NCBI GenBank assembly: GCA_050253535.1
Contig: JBFWIW010000005.1
Coordinates: 837 to 64,836, forward strand
DNA from: Oscillospiraceae bacterium
GTDB taxonomy: Bacteria > Bacillota > Clostridia > Oscillospirales > Oscillospiraceae
Direction: 5' to 3'
DNA length: 64,000 nt
Shown piece after piece: positions 19,220 through 27,628 of this stretch. Made by a program: the position numbers and the translations under genes. Numbering within the stretch: the first letter of the stretch is position 1; each line of letters begins with the position of its first letter. The notes under the pieces were generated by a model. That model was not told the DNA's origin and made no database searches. It was given only the letters and a program-made list of their open reading frames with translations.

Positions 19220-19274
19220 TTGTGAAATTCTTATCAAAATTAGTCTTTTAATTCACAAATGAATGTGCTATAAT
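19220..19274 (+). promoter_or_regulatory. Promoter of the NuoE-like operon with Rex-like half-palindromes
   Basis: TTGTGAA-attc-TTATCAA (19220-19237), TTCACAA (19252-19258) and extended -10 TGcTATAAT (19266-19274). Confidence 0.45.
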
Positions 19275-19349
19275 CGTTCAGGATGGGCCCTAAAAAGGGC
19301 AACACCTAAACTTTAGTTTGCATATTCTCAGATTAAGGAGGTTTTTTTA

Positions 19350-19850
19350 GTGGCAAAACGTAAAACTGCCGTACCGTTTATGGGAACGGCAGAGCAGGAA
19401 AAGCAGCTCAGAGAAGTCATCGCGGCGCATAAGGATATGCAGGGCGCGCTGATGCCCGTACTGCAGCAGGCGCAGGAAATCTACGGTTATCTGCCGATCG
19501 AAGTCCAGAAGATAATCGCGGAGGGGCTGGGACTACCGCTCGAGGACGTCTATGGCGTCGTTACTTTCTATGCTCAATTTACACTTAATCCCAAGGGCAA
19601 GTACACCATCGCGGTATGCTTAGGAACAGCCTGTTATGTCAAGGGCTCGGCCTCGGTCATTGAGCGCATTGAGCGCAAGCTCGGCATTCAGGCCGGCGGT
19701 ATCACGCCCGATGGCAAATTTTCCCTTGACGCTACCCGCTGCATCGGCGCCTGCGGTCTTGCCCCTGTCATGACCATAAACGGCGAAGTATACGGCCGCC
19801 TGGTTCCAGACGACGTGGACAGAATCCTCGAACAGTACATTAACGACTGA
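19350..19850 (+). CDS. NuoE/HydC-like [2Fe-2S] subunit
   Basis: 166-aa ORF with CLGTACYVKG and CIGACGLAPV cysteine motifs. GTG start 8 nt after AAGGAGG. Confidence 0.85.
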   Translation: MAKRKTAVPFMGTAEQEKQLREVIAAHKDMQGALMPVLQQAQEIYGYLPIEVQKIIAEGLGLPLEDVYGVVTFYAQFTLNPKGKYTIAVCLGTACYVKGSASVIERIERKLGIQAGGITPDGKFSLDATRCIGACGLAPVMTINGEVYGRLVPDDVDRILEQYIND

Positions 19851-19899
19851 TTATTCGCTCCTGTTTTACAGGTAAATACTTATGGAGGTGTGTTTGCAA

Positions 19900-20268
19900 A
19901 TGAAATCTCTAGCCGAACTGGCTGAACTCAGAGAAAAAATGAAATCCAGCGTCAATCTGCGTCATGACTCCTCCGACGATATCCGTGTAGTGGTCGGTAT
20001 GGCCACGTGCGGTATTGCGGCTGGCGCTCGTCCCGTTTTGGCTGCTTTTGTCGAAGAAGTCAATAAGCGCCAACTTAAGAATGTCATGGTCACACAGACA
20101 GGCTGTATCGGTATATGCAAGCTTGAGCCGGTCGTCGAAGTTTACTTCCCCGGCGAAGAAAAAGTCACTTATGTCAAGATGACCGCGGATAAAGTCGCCA
20201 AGATAGTATCAGAACACCTGGTCAATGGTCAGGCAGTTACTGAATACACCATCGGCGCGGCACAATAA
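19900..20268 (+). CDS. Thioredoxin-like [2Fe-2S] ferredoxin
   Basis: Track ORF trimmed to ATG 19900 after GGAGGTG. Motifs VVGMATCGIAAG and TGCIGICKLEP. Confidence 0.75.
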   Translation: MKSLAELAELREKMKSSVNLRHDSSDDIRVVVGMATCGIAAGARPVLAAFVEEVNKRQLKNVMVTQTGCIGICKLEPVVEVYFPGEEKVTYVKMTADKVAKIVSEHLVNGQAVTEYTIGAAQ

Positions 20269-20284
20269 AGGAGGATTGGAACTT

Positions 20285-22078
20285 ATGGATATGGTCAGAT
20301 CTCATATCCTGGTTTGCGGCGGTACAGGCTGTACCTCTTCGCATTCAGAGCAGATTATCGAAGCAATGGAGGCCGAACTTAAGGTTCAGGGCCTCGATAA
20401 AGAAGTAAAAGTCGTCAAGACCGGTTGTTTCGGTCTATGCGCGCTCGGCCCCATTATGATAGTCTATCCTGAGGGTGCGTTTTACTCCCGCGTGAAGCCC
20501 GAGGATGCAAAGGAAATAGTTGACGAGCATATTTTGAAGGGCCGTATCGTCAAGCGCCTCCTGTTCCAGGAGACAATCAAAGATGACAACACCATTAAAA
20601 ACCTCAATCATACAAAATTCTACGAGAAACAGAAGCGTATAGCGCTTCGCAACTGCGGTATCATAAATCCTGAAGTGATCGAGGAATACATAGCTGTCGA
20701 CGGTTATGAGGCTCTCGGCCGCGTTCTCACCAGCATGAAGCCGCAGGAAGTTATCGATACTGTCAAGGCCTCCGGTATCCGCGGCCGCGGCGGCGCGGGA
20801 TTCCCGACAGGCATGAAGTGGCAGTTCGCTTCCGCTCCCGCTCCGGTCAAGTACGTCTGCTGTAACGCCGACGAAGGCGACCCGGGCGCTTTCATGGACC
20901 GCAGCGTCCTTGAGGGCGACCCCCATGTTGTTCTTGAAGCCATGACAATAGCGGGTTACGCTATCGGCGCTCATCAGGGTTATATCTATGTCCGTGCCGA
21001 GTACCCGATCGCTATCCACCGCCTCCAGATCGCCATCAAGCAGGCACGCGAGTATGGCTTCCTCGGAAAAGATATCTTCGGCAGCGGTTTCGATTTTGAC
21101 ATAGAGCTCCGCCTCGGCTCCGGCGCATTTGTCTGCGGTGAAGAGACCGCGCTTATGACGAGCATAGAGGGCAACCGCGGCGAACCCAGGCCCCGTCCTC
21201 CGTTCCCGGCGATCAAAGGACTCTTCGGCGTGCCGACCATCCTTAATAACGTCGAGACTTATGCGAATATTCCGCGCATCATAATGAACGGTGCGGAGTG
21301 GTTTGCTTCCATGGGTACCGAGAAATCCAAGGGTACCAAGGTGTTCTGCCTTGTTGGCAAGATTAATAATACCGGCCTCGTCGAGATCCCGATGGGCACG
21401 ACGCTCCGCGAGATTATAGAAGAAATCGGCGGCGGCATCCCGAACGGCAAGAAATTTAAGGCTGCCCAGACCGGCGGACCGTCCGGCGGCTGTATTCCCG
21501 CATCCCTCATCGACACGCCCATCGACTACGACAATCTCACCGCCATTGGCGCGATGATGGGTTCCGGCGGTCTCATCGTCATGGACGAAGATACCTGCAT
21601 GGTTGATATCGCGAAGTTCTTCCTTACATTTACGGTTGATGAGTCCTGTGGTAAGTGCTCACCCTGCCGTATCGGTACTACCCGTCTTCTCGAGATGCTT
21701 GAAAAGATCACAAAGGGCGAGGGTACGCTTGAGCTTCTCGACGAGATGGAAGCGCTCTGCTATCACCTCAAGGCCAATTCCCTCTGTGCTCTTGGACAGA
21801 CCGCTCCGAACCCGGTCCTCTCCACAATGAGATACTTCCGCGACGAGTACATTGCCCACATCGTCGACAAGAAGTGCCCGGCCGGCGTCTGCAAAGACCT
21901 TCTATCTTATGTCATTGATCCCGCTAAGTGCATAGGTTGCACCGCCTGCGCCAGAAAGTGCCCTGTCGGGGCTATCTCCGGCAAGGTCAAGGAAGCCCAC
22001 AAGATAGACGCTTCCAAGTGCATAAAGTGCGGCGCCTGCCTCGACACCTGTAAATTCGGCGCTATAAGCAAGATATAA
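20285..22078 (+). CDS. NuoF/HydB-like FMN- and NAD(P)H-binding iron-sulfur subunit
   Basis: Trimmed to ATG 20285 after AAGGAGG. Motifs GRGGAGFPTG (FMN), ESCGKCSPCR (4Fe-4S), and C-terminal 2x4Fe-4S (CIGCTACARKCP, CIKCGACLDTC). Confidence 0.9.
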   Translation: MDMVRSHILVCGGTGCTSSHSEQIIEAMEAELKVQGLDKEVKVVKTGCFGLCALGPIMIVYPEGAFYSRVKPEDAKEIVDEHILKGRIVKRLLFQETIKDDNTIKNLNHTKFYEKQKRIALRNCGIINPEVIEEYIAVDGYEALGRVLTSMKPQEVIDTVKASGIRGRGGAGFPTGMKWQFASAPAPVKYVCCNADEGDPGAFMDRSVLEGDPHVVLEAMTIAGYAIGAHQGYIYVRAEYPIAIHRLQIAIKQAREYGFLGKDIFGSGFDFDIELRLGSGAFVCGEETALMTSIEGNRGEPRPRPPFPAIKGLFGVPTILNNVETYANIPRIIMNGAEWFASMGTEKSKGTKVFCLVGKINNTGLVEIPMGTTLREIIEEIGGGIPNGKKFKAAQTGGPSGGCIPASLIDTPIDYDNLTAIGAMMGSGGLIVMDEDTCMVDIAKFFLTFTVDESCGKCSPCRIGTTRLLEMLEKITKGEGTLELLDEMEALCYHLKANSLCALGQTAPNPVLSTMRYFRDEYIAHIVDKKCPAGVCKDLLSYVIDPAKCIGCTACARKCPVGAISGKVKEAHKIDASKCIKCGACLDTCKFGAISKI

Positions 22079-22105
22079 TCCACGCGCTTCGGTTTGACTT
22101 ATAAT

Positions 22106-22155
22106 AAGAGCCATGGACGGCCGTTCTTTTTCGACTGTTCATGGCTCTTTTTATA
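22106..22155 (+). terminator. Intrinsic terminator directly after the NuoF-like gene
   Basis: AAGAGCCATG (22106-22115) pairs with CATGGCTCTT (22140-22149), followed by TTTATAT. Confidence 0.7.
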
Positions 22156-22297
22156 TCCCAAACAGTGCCGGAAAGGCAAAAGCACACTTCATTGAAAGCA
22201 GGATGTATTCAGCCTGCGGCTCGGCTATCGCAGCGCGGACAAGCCGAAAGTCGGCTCGTTCGGCAGATGCTGAAGAATAAACGGACTCTCGGCCTTA

Positions 22298-22326
22298 TTG
22301 ACAAAATTATAATTCAAAGATAAAAT
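22298..22326 (+). promoter_or_regulatory. Sigma-A type promoter of lrgAB
   Basis: TTGACA, 17-nt spacer, TAAAAT, about 35 nt upstream of the lrgA ATG. Confidence 0.6.
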
Positions 22327-22360
22327 TATCGGCACTACCAATTGTGGAAAGAGAGCCATT

Positions 22361-22717
22361 ATGATTTACATAGGACAATTCGGCATTATCCTGCTGATTA
22401 CCTTTGCCGGCGAGCTGTTAAACTATTTTATACCGCTGCCGATACCAGCCAGCATTTATGGCTTTATTATTATGCTGCTGGCGCTTAAATTCAGGATTGT
22501 AAAGCTTCGCCATATTCAGCATACAGCCGAATTTCTTATAGGAATTATAACGTTGATGTTCGTCCCCGCGGCAGTCGGTCTTATAGACGTCTGGGGCGTT
22601 CTCGAAAAAATACTGCTGCCGCTTGTTATAATAACGGTTATCACCACAGTTTTTGTTATGGTTGTTACGGGCAGAGTGACACAGCTGCTTATACGCCTGG
22701 ACAGAGGGAAAAAATGA
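22361..22717 (+). CDS. lrgA: CidA/LrgA-family holin-like membrane protein
   Basis: 118-aa, four hydrophobic helices. Stop overlaps the lrgB ATG (ATGA). Confidence 0.8.
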   Translation: MIYIGQFGIILLITFAGELLNYFIPLPIPASIYGFIIMLLALKFRIVKLRHIQHTAEFLIGIITLMFVPAAVGLIDVWGVLEKILLPLVIITVITTVFVMVVTGRVTQLLIRLDRGKK

Positions 22718-23406
22718 GAGATGTTATATGCAATTCAGCCATTTTTGGCGCGTTTATCAGTATAGCGGCTTTTGAAATCGGCCTTTTGATTAAGCGAAAA
22801 TTCAAGATTGCCATTTTAAATCCGTTGCTTATCGCTATTATAATTGTAATAATCCTGCTGCGTTCACTGAACATAAGCTATAATGCCTATAACAACGGCG
22901 CAAAGTATATCAGTTATTTACTCACGCCTGCAACCGTTTGTCTTGCCGTCCCTTTATATAAACAGCTTGAAATTCTGAAGAACGACTGGAAAGCGATTAC
23001 TGTGGGTGTGCTGTCCGGCGTGCTGGCGAGTTTGGGCGGGGTTTTTGTTCTCAGCCGACTCTTCGGCTTTACGCATGAGCAGTATGTTACGCTGCTGCCG
23101 AAGTCGATAACGACCGCTATAGGCATAGGCGTTTCGAAAGAGCTCGGGGGGATAGAATCGGTCACCGTGGGGGCGATTCTTCTGTCGGGCATTTGCGGAA
23201 ATATGTTTGCTGAAATAATCTGTAAGGTGTTTCGGATAAACGAACCGGTGGCAAAGGGCATAGCCATCGGAACAGCCTCACACGCCATAGGTACCGCCAA
23301 GGCCATGGAAATGGGAGAAGTTGAAGGGTCGATGAGCGGACTGGCCATTCCGGTGGCGGGCCTTGTCACCGTTATACTCGCATCTGTTTTCTCGGGCTTT
23401 ATGTAA
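22714..23406 (+). CDS. lrgB: LrgB-family membrane protein
   Basis: 230-aa polytopic membrane ORF coupled to lrgA, with typical LrgB length and hydrophobicity. Confidence 0.8.
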   Translation: MRDVICNSAIFGAFISIAAFEIGLLIKRKFKIAILNPLLIAIIIVIILLRSLNISYNAYNNGAKYISYLLTPATVCLAVPLYKQLEILKNDWKAITVGVLSGVLASLGGVFVLSRLFGFTHEQYVTLLPKSITTAIGIGVSKELGGIESVTVGAILLSGICGNMFAEIICKVFRINEPVAKGIAIGTASHAIGTAKAMEMGEVEGSMSGLAIPVAGLVTVILASVFSGFM

Positions 23407-23473
23407 TGGCAGGGTATGCAAACTGAAATCGGGTTTTGGAAAATCCGATTATCGGGAAACAGAAACCGTAAAA

Positions 23474-23510
23474 GATCCCGTAAACAGCAATCAATGCTGT
23501 TTACGGGATC
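23474..23510. terminator. 16-bp stem hairpin between convergent lrgB and argH
   Basis: GATCCCGTAAACAGCA-atcaa-TGCTGTTTACGGGATC. A T-tract follows on the minus strand (argH side). Confidence 0.7.
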
Positions 23511-23547
23511 TCATTAACGGCGCTATTTAGATACTGGCGTAGAAAGT

Positions 23548-24927
23548 TTATTTGTGCTGTGTGATAAAACTTTTTATCGAGGCCATTTGCGCCTCGACCA
23601 TGGTATAAGCCGGACCGCCCGGGACGCTGCGGAGATTTACACAGGTCTCAAGGTCGATGGCCTTATAAACGCCCTCGTCGAAAATGTCTGAAAATTCACG
23701 GTACTCGTCGAGCGTCAGCGTCTCCAGCGTTTTGTCGTGAGACAGACAGTAATTCACAAGCCGACCGGTGACCGTATACGCATCGCGGAAGGGGAGGCCT
23801 TTTTTGACCATGTAGTCGGCGCAGTCGGTGGCGTTTATAAAGCCTTTAGCGGCGGCAGCGCGCATGTTATCGGACTTAAGTACCATTGTCCTGAGCATGG
23901 CTGAAAATACGGGGAGGCACGCCTTAACTGTATCGACGGAATCGAACACCTGCTCCTTATCCTCCTGCATGTCCTTGTTGTAGGCAAGAGGGAGCGCTTT
24001 CATCACGGTGAGAAGACCCATCAAACTGCCGTAGACCCGGCCTGTCTTTCCGCGTACGAGTTCCGGAATATCGGGATTTTTCTTCTGGGGCATTATAGAC
24101 GATCCGGTGGAGTATGCATCGTCCAGCTCAATGAACCGGAATTCCCATGAACACCACATAATGATCTCCTCAGAGAATCGTGAGAGGTGCATCATAAGTA
24201 TTGACAGATCTGACATGAGTTCAATAGCATAGTCACGGTCGGATACGCCATCCAGGCTGTTCTCGGTTATGCGGGAGAAGCCGAGTTCCTTTGCGACCAT
24301 GTACCTGTCAATGGGATAGGTCGTCGAGGTAAGGGCTCCTGAACCGAGCGGCAGCTCGTCCATGCGCTCCAGGCAGTCCTCTAGGCGGAGAACGTCGCGT
24401 CTTAACATATTGGCGTAGGCCATCATATAGTGCGAGAAAGTTGTGGGCTGCGCCCTCTGCAGGTGGGTATAGCCGGGCATGATGGCGGAGGTGTTATTTT
24501 CTGCGACCTCCAAAACAGCTTCCATAAGGCCGATAACAAGACTTTTTATCTCTGATATCTGGTTTTTGAGATACATGCGGAAATCCAGCGCGACCTGATC
24601 GTTTCGGCTGCGCGCGGTGTGCAGCCGTTTGCCGGCGTCTCCTATGCGGCGCGTGAGTTCTGTCTCCACGCTCATATGGATATCCTCGGTATCAATCGAA
24701 AATTCCAGTTTTCCGGCCTCGATATCAGCCAATATGTCCCACAGGCAGGCTATTATCCTGTCCGCGTCGGCCTTTTCAATTATACCGCAGGCGCCTAGCA
24801 TATGTGCGTGTGCGACGCTCCCGGTAATATCCTCGCGATAGAGGCGCTGATCGAAGGTTATAGAGGCATTGAGTTCGTCGACGAGCCTGTCCGTATTTTT
24901 ATTAAAACGTCCTGACCAAAGTTTCAT
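23548..24927 (-). CDS. argH: Argininosuccinate lyase
   Basis: 459-aa ORF with the fumarate-lyase signature GSSIMPQKKNPD. Confidence 0.93.
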   Translation of the reverse strand: MKLWSGRFNKNTDRLVDELNASITFDQRLYREDITGSVAHAHMLGACGIIEKADADRIIACLWDILADIEAGKLEFSIDTEDIHMSVETELTRRIGDAGKRLHTARSRNDQVALDFRMYLKNQISEIKSLVIGLMEAVLEVAENNTSAIMPGYTHLQRAQPTTFSHYMMAYANMLRRDVLRLEDCLERMDELPLGSGALTSTTYPIDRYMVAKELGFSRITENSLDGVSDRDYAIELMSDLSILMMHLSRFSEEIIMWCSWEFRFIELDDAYSTGSSIMPQKKNPDIPELVRGKTGRVYGSLMGLLTVMKALPLAYNKDMQEDKEQVFDSVDTVKACLPVFSAMLRTMVLKSDNMRAAAAKGFINATDCADYMVKKGLPFRDAYTVTGRLVNYCLSHDKTLETLTLDEYREFSDIFDEGVYKAIDLETCVNLRSVPGGPAYTMVEAQMASIKSFITQHK

Positions 24928-25066
24928 AGGCTGTTCCTTTCCAGAAATATTTATCCTCCCGCTGTGAAAGCAGAGGTTTTTACTGATACGATAATGCGGC
25001 TTCCGGGGACATGCGCCACGGAAGCCGCTCGAAAGAGCCGCCGAAGCGGCAATATTAGCTTGTAAA

Positions 25067-26287
25067 TCAGTTATTCGAGGAGCGCTGCGCGTCGAGAAGC
25101 GCCTTTACCTTTATTGGCAGGCCATAGAGGTTTATGAAGCCCTCCGAATCTTTCTGGTCGTAGTCGCTTTCTCCGAAAGAGGCGAGAGTTTCGCTGTAAA
25201 GGCTGTAATCACTCCATACGCCGGCGTTAATTATGTTACCCTTGTAGAGCTTGAGCCTTACCTTGCCGGTCACAGTTGTCTGCGTTGAGTCAACGAAGGC
25301 GGAAAGCGCCTCGCGGAGCGGGGTATACCACTGACCGTTGTAGACCAAGTCGGCAAACTTTATGGCGAGTTGCGCCTTCATATGGGCCGTCTCCTTGTCA
25401 AGGCAGATGGTCTCGAGCACCTCGTGGGCGTGATAGAGGATGGTGCCTCCCGGTGTCTCGTAGACACCGCGGCTCTTCATGCCGACAAGTCTGTTCTCGA
25501 CGACGTCGAGAAGCCCGATACCATTTGTACCGCCAATTTTGTTAAGCTTCAAAATAATATCAGTCGCATTCATTTCCATACCGTCTATGGTGGTGGGAAT
25601 GCCTTTTTTAAATTCGAGCTCTACATAGGTCGGTTTGTCGGGGGCGTTTTCGGGTGAGACTCCGAGCTCAAGAAATTCTTCATTGCTATACTGGGGTTCG
25701 TTGCCGGGGTCCTCAAGATCGAGGCCTTCGTGTGAGAGATGCCAGAGGTTTTTGTCCTTGGAATAGTTGGTCTCGCGTTTTATTTTGAGGGGGATGTTGT
25801 GAGCCTCTGCGTAGTCGATCTCGTCGTCACGGCTCTTGAGATCCCATTCGCGCCACGGGGCGATTATTGTCATTTGCGGAGCAAACGCCTTGATGGCGAG
25901 TTCAAAACGCACTTGGTCATTGCCCTTGCCGGTGCAGCCGTGGCAGATGGCGTCCGCGCCCTCCTTGAGAGCGATTTCTACGATGCGCTTTGCGATGACG
26001 GGGCGGGCGAAGGAGGTGCCGAGGAGGTACCCCTCGTATCTTGCGCCGGCCTTCATGGTCGGAATGATGTATTCGTCGACAAATTCATCTGTAAGATCCT
26101 CAATATAAAGCTTGGAAGCGCCGGTCTTTAGGGCCTTTTCCTCCAACCCGTCGAGCTCGGTGCCTTGTCCGACGTTACCGGAGACTGCGATAACCTCGCA
26201 CCCGTAATTTTCCTTTAGCCAGGGAATGATTATTGAAGTATCAAGACCGCCGGAATAGGCGAGAACACACTTTTTTACCTGTTTCAT
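25067..26287 (-). CDS. argG: Argininosuccinate synthase
   Basis: 406-aa ORF with N-terminal [12 protein letters not shown]-binding motif. Confidence 0.93.
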   Translation of the reverse strand: MKQVKKCVLAYSGGLDTSIIIPWLKENYGCEVIAVSGNVGQGTELDGLEEKALKTGASKLYIEDLTDEFVDEYIIPTMKAGARYEGYLLGTSFARPVIAKRIVEIALKEGADAICHGCTGKGNDQVRFELAIKAFAPQMTIIAPWREWDLKSRDDEIDYAEAHNIPLKIKRETNYSKDKNLWHLSHEGLDLEDPGNEPQYSNEEFLELGVSPENAPDKPTYVELEFKKGIPTTIDGMEMNATDIILKLNKIGGTNGIGLLDVVENRLVGMKSRGVYETPGGTILYHAHEVLETICLDKETAHMKAQLAIKFADLVYNGQWYTPLREALSAFVDSTQTTVTGKVRLKLYKGNIINAGVWSDYSLYSETLASFGESDYDQKDSEGFINLYGLPIKVKALLDAQRSSNN

Positions 26288-26321
26288 TTAATGACCTCCG
26301 AAATTTATTCTTATGGCTGAA

Positions 26322-26350
26322 AGTATAGCACCTTGTGAATTATTATGCAA
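26322..26350 (-). promoter_or_regulatory. argG promoter overlapped by an ARG-box-like site
   Basis: Minus strand reads TTGCAT, 17-nt spacer, TGcTATACT. The 18-mer TTGCATAATAATTCACAA (26333-26350) covers the -35 and spacer. Confidence 0.55.
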
Positions 26351-26420
26351 TAGTTGTTGTGACATATTCTGCATGAACTTTGCATTAATATCAATGAATC
26401 CTTAGTCATGTTGATAATAA

Positions 26421-26458
26421 TACGCATAATATTCATAAATAATTGAATATTATGCGTA
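26421..26458. promoter_or_regulatory. 15-nt perfect inverted repeat (ARG-box pair and/or terminator of the upstream small gene)
   Basis: TACGCATAATATTCA-taaataat-TGAATATTATGCGTA. Each arm resembles a TGAAT-N4-ATxCA ARG box. Confidence 0.45.
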
Positions 26459-26479
26459 TTGCTGATTGCGCGAAATGAA

Positions 26480-26680
26480 TCAGTACTCTCCGTTTGTGTA
26501 TGGGGTTATGACGGGATTACCGTCTCTTTCCAGAAGCGCTGTGATGCCGCCGGAGTATCCGCTCGATACGAACATATAGTTAATGCCGGTTTTTTTGTCC
26601 ACAATGATTTTTACAGATTCACCGAGGGAAAGCCCCTCTTTATGGATTACCTCAAAACGTTTTTGATCGCTGCTTTTCAT
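26480..26680 (-). CDS. Small conserved hypothetical protein (66 aa; I recall this as DUF6440-like)
   Basis: ORF MKSSDQKRFEVIHKEGLSLGESVKIIVDKKTGINYMF..., 12 nt after the TPM gene stop on the same strand. Family name recalled from memory only. Confidence 0.55.
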   Translation of the reverse strand: MKSSDQKRFEVIHKEGLSLGESVKIIVDKKTGINYMFVSSGYSGGITALLERDGNPVITPYTNGEY

Positions 26681-26692
26681 ATTTAGCCTCCT

Positions 26693-27604
26693 CTATCGTC
26701 GTCCGCCGAAGCCACCGCCGGAAAATCCACCGCCTCCGAAACCGCCGCCCATGTGGCCGCCGCCGAAACCGCCACCGCCGAAGCCGCCGCCACCGAAGCC
26801 GCCGCCACCGCCGCCGAAGCCGCCCGGTCCCCGAGGTCCTCTTGGACCGCGCCAGTGGTGTGGTCCGCCCCACATATACCAGAAGTAATATGGCGGTATC
26901 GGCATACCGAGGCCCATATAGTAAGCGCGATATCTGCGCCTGTCGGAGACCATTGCGGTAATAAAGAAGACAACAAAGATTCCTACGAAAAAGAGACGGG
27001 ATATGATATAAAAAGGACTGATACCATAGAAGTAACCGTCACCGTAATACCCATCGTTCTGCCCGGAAGAGAAGCTGCCGTCGGAAGTATTGCCTGCCGC
27101 CTCGTCGAAAAAGCTTACGTTATATTGATTCTCGTACCAGTAGGAGAGCTGTGTCACGAGGGATATGACGGCGGCGTCATAGTTGCCCTTATCGAAATCG
27201 TCCCAAAAATATTTATTCAGATAATTATCGCGATCACTTACGGTAAAAGTGTTTTCAATTTCACTGCCGACCACAATACCGCCCTTGCCCTCCGCCGGGC
27301 AGAAGAGGAGGAGCATACCATTTGACGCTATCTTCCAGTTGTTGAAGACCTGCACAGCGTATTCGTCTGCGTACATCCCGTCAAGATAACTGACAAAGAC
27401 GACAACCATCTGTGCGCCGTCGCAGTAGTATTCCAGTTCGCCGTTTAATGAAACTATGTCATTTTCAAGCGACGCCGAGAGAACACCAGCTTTGTCGTTT
27501 ACATAAAAACTGTCTGCCGGCTCTATGACCGCCAGGGCAGTTGGGGCGAGTACTGCGCACAGGATAATGAGTGCCGCCGTCAGCGCAGGAATCTTTTTTT
27601 TCAT
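26693..27604 (-). CDS. TPM-domain (YgcG-like) membrane protein with Gly/Phe-rich tail
   Basis: Signal peptide, TPM-like domain (FYVNDKAGVLS...), a TM segment, and C-terminal GGFGGGGGGFGGGGFGGGGFGGG repeats. Confidence 0.8.
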   Translation of the reverse strand: MKKKIPALTAALIILCAVLAPTALAVIEPADSFYVNDKAGVLSASLENDIVSLNGELEYYCDGAQMVVVFVSYLDGMYADEYAVQVFNNWKIASNGMLLLFCPAEGKGGIVVGSEIENTFTVSDRDNYLNKYFWDDFDKGNYDAAVISLVTQLSYWYENQYNVSFFDEAAGNTSDGSFSSGQNDGYYGDGYFYGISPFYIISRLFFVGIFVVFFITAMVSDRRRYRAYYMGLGMPIPPYYFWYMWGGPHHWRGPRGPRGPGGFGGGGGGFGGGGFGGGGFGGGHMGGGFGGGGFSGGGFGGRR

Positions 27605-27628
27605 TGTAACCTCACAATCAGTGTATTT

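Noticed and set aside
22141-22323. 60-aa ORF between the NuoF terminator and lrgA
   Set aside because: Starts inside the terminator hairpin and has no SD. Its composition is unremarkable and it runs through the lrgA promoter.
26652-26976. Arg/Trp-rich (73 aa) and Ala-rich (97 aa) ORFs
   Set aside because: They are alternate reading frames of the Gly/Phe repeat DNA at the end of the TPM gene.
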